NCBI GenBank assembly: GCA_002633005.1
Contig: NMRA01000064.1
Coordinates: forward strand, 1,000,360-1,064,359
Reading direction: 5' to 3'
Source of the DNA: Phoronis australis
Lineage: Eukaryota; Animalia; Phoronida
Length of the DNA stretch: 64,000 nucleotides
Each line of letters starts with the position of its first letter. Positions within the stretch are counted from its first letter, which is position 1. A program made the translations under genes and the position numbers. Of this stretch, positions 62,235-64,000 are shown piece by piece. The notes beneath the pieces were generated by a model that saw only the letters and a program-made list of their open reading frames with translations, was not told the DNA's origin and made no database searches.

Positions 62235-62660
62235 ATGGGTCTACGGTCCAGGGAAGTGTACAAATTTATCTGTGCTGGATGTGGCTCCAGTTGTACTGGC
62301 GAAACTATTCACCATTTGAAAATCCTAGTCAGGGAACTTCTAAATTTTGCCAGAAGTTCACGTACTTTTCATCTGACAGAGCTCCAGTCATCGGTTATGA
62401 GTAATGCTTTTTCAATGACAGCTAAAAACGACCAACATCAAGGGAGCTGAAAGTTCGCGAGGCTCTACATGTACATATGTAAGCAACTGGCACACCAGAG
62501 GTTGTCATTGTTAGTCTAGCTGTTACTCCCATGAGCCTGTAACTGACTGCATGTCTTTGTATCATTGGGCCTAGCAACGTGGCCACTGTTTTTGCTTCTG
62601 AGGATGGTGTGTTGATAATAACCGCTGAAACATGTCAAGTCGATTTAAATCCATCGTTGT
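62235..62660 (+). mobile_element. Penelope-like GIY-YIG remnant followed by 3' pLTR sequence
   Basis: VYKFICAGCGSSCTGETIHHLKILVREL matches the GIY-YIG pattern VY...CxxC..YxGET...L..R..EH. A hammerhead motif follows. Confidence 0.7.
62594..62640 (+). ncRNA. Minimal type I hammerhead ribozyme, apparently intact
   Basis: GCUU CUGAGGA U [GGUGUGUU...AACCGCU, stem II] GAA A-CAUG-U C AAGU. Full core, palindromic ACAUGU stem III, GUC cleavage triplet, stem I GCUU/AAGU. Confidence 0.7.
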
Positions 62661-64000
62661 TACTTACGCTGTCTTATACTAGTCATGGAGAATATAAGGT
62701 AGCATATAAAACAACGCAATTTTCACAAGGAATTGTCATGGGGAACTTTGCTACTATAAAATACTGTAAAATCAAATGAAATACATATGTGTTACAAAAT
62801 GGCTATACTTCGGGAGCAAGTTTTCCGATATGCAAAATTTATTAAATACACGACACTTTTCATTATTAACAGTCTTTATTGCGTCCGTTCGTATCCTCGA
62901 AACAAAGTCCTATACTAAATAGAACGTTGATTTGTTCAGAGGATAAGAAAGGAATGGACTTAAGGCTGTATCTCAAAATATGAACATTATTCATATAATA
63001 ACAAGGTATCACGGAACCCGATATATCTTTGGAATTGATGCCAGTTTTTATTATTGATGCTTTTAAGCATTAAACAATTCTTTAAAAAGAATTTTCAGAC
63101 GAATGGTATTCCGTTCGAAATACCTAACGATGGTATTGTCGACTATGTCCGAGCGGGTCATTTTCCTTTTGTGATGCAGGATCTATATTAATTTAGTAAG
63201 TGAATTTACATGAAGACAACAGCCGACGACTTTCAGGCGGATGGAACGGACCCTGTGCCCACAAGTGGCAATTTCATTTTGTTTTCCTTTGTTTCTTTTA
63301 AGTTCCTTGACAGATTTTTATGATTTTTTTGGATGGAATGTACGTTTTTGCGCCATCTAGTGGCCATTTTTATGATACAAATAAAAAAGCATACCATTTG
63401 CGATACATTCGTGGGCGCATTTCAGCGCTCCGCGTTGCTTTTGTTTGGAATGGCAAGACGTATAGTAAACTAAACGATGGCAATTATGCCCTTGGGAAAT
63501 GTTTACTGGGCAATTTTTGAGCAAATAAGCGCATATATATAAATAGATATATACTAGGCGTGGAGGATTTCTGTTGGTACGAAATAGATTATATTTCGTA
63601 TGTTTTTCAAAAATAGTGAATCAGACAATTTGTTCTTGAAATTCTTGCAATATTTAAAGTGAATAACTGGCATGTTAGAATCCTGCAGTAGTAGATTCGC
63701 CGCGGTCTATTTACAAAGTATCTTTAAAGGCTTTCGCGTTCCAGACCTTGTTAACATAAACACGAAACGATACCGGAGAGAAACAATTCTGTGAAATAAC
63801 CCAGACAGAAATTAATCAAAACTTTTGTTAGAAAGGCACTCCTTTTTTATTGTCAACATTAGAAAATAAAAAGACTCTTCAATCAAACGATATCTCCAAA
63901 ACTGGGACATTTCGTAAATCACAGTGCTACATGCTATGTGTTTTGCCAGGTTTGTAACCTGAGTTGCCGAATGAGCGAAATCAGCAAACTTACCAAGCAA

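Overview
Eukaryotic (animal, probably invertebrate) genomic DNA: AT-rich, intron-rich and dense in transposon remnants. The species cannot be identified from sequence alone. Host genes reconstructed by eye from splice sites and reading-frame phase: (1) a 3-exon UBALD1/2-like gene on the minus strand, head-to-head (ATGs 445 bp apart) with (2) a 14-exon MGRN1/RNF157 RING E3 ligase of about 658 aa, the same arrangement as the human UBALD1-MGRN1 and UBALD2-RNF157 pairs; (3,4) two tandem, divergent four-TM MS4A/CD20-like genes, one with a PPxY-rich tail; (5) the first three exons of an ENPP6-like phosphodiesterase. Mobile DNA includes a complete 641-bp non-autonomous LTR element whose LTRs carry a tRNA-like Pol III promoter (Helenus/TRIMp3-like), Penelope-like remnants with minimal hammerhead ribozymes (one looks intact) and an inverted pseudo-LTR, two TTAA-flanked Kolobok-like elements with THAP sequence in their arms, Harbinger/hAT/fold-back MITEs, LINE fragments, and tandem arrays with CTCF-like motifs. 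Most ORFs in the supplied track are spurious. All family calls rest on recalled motifs, not database searches.
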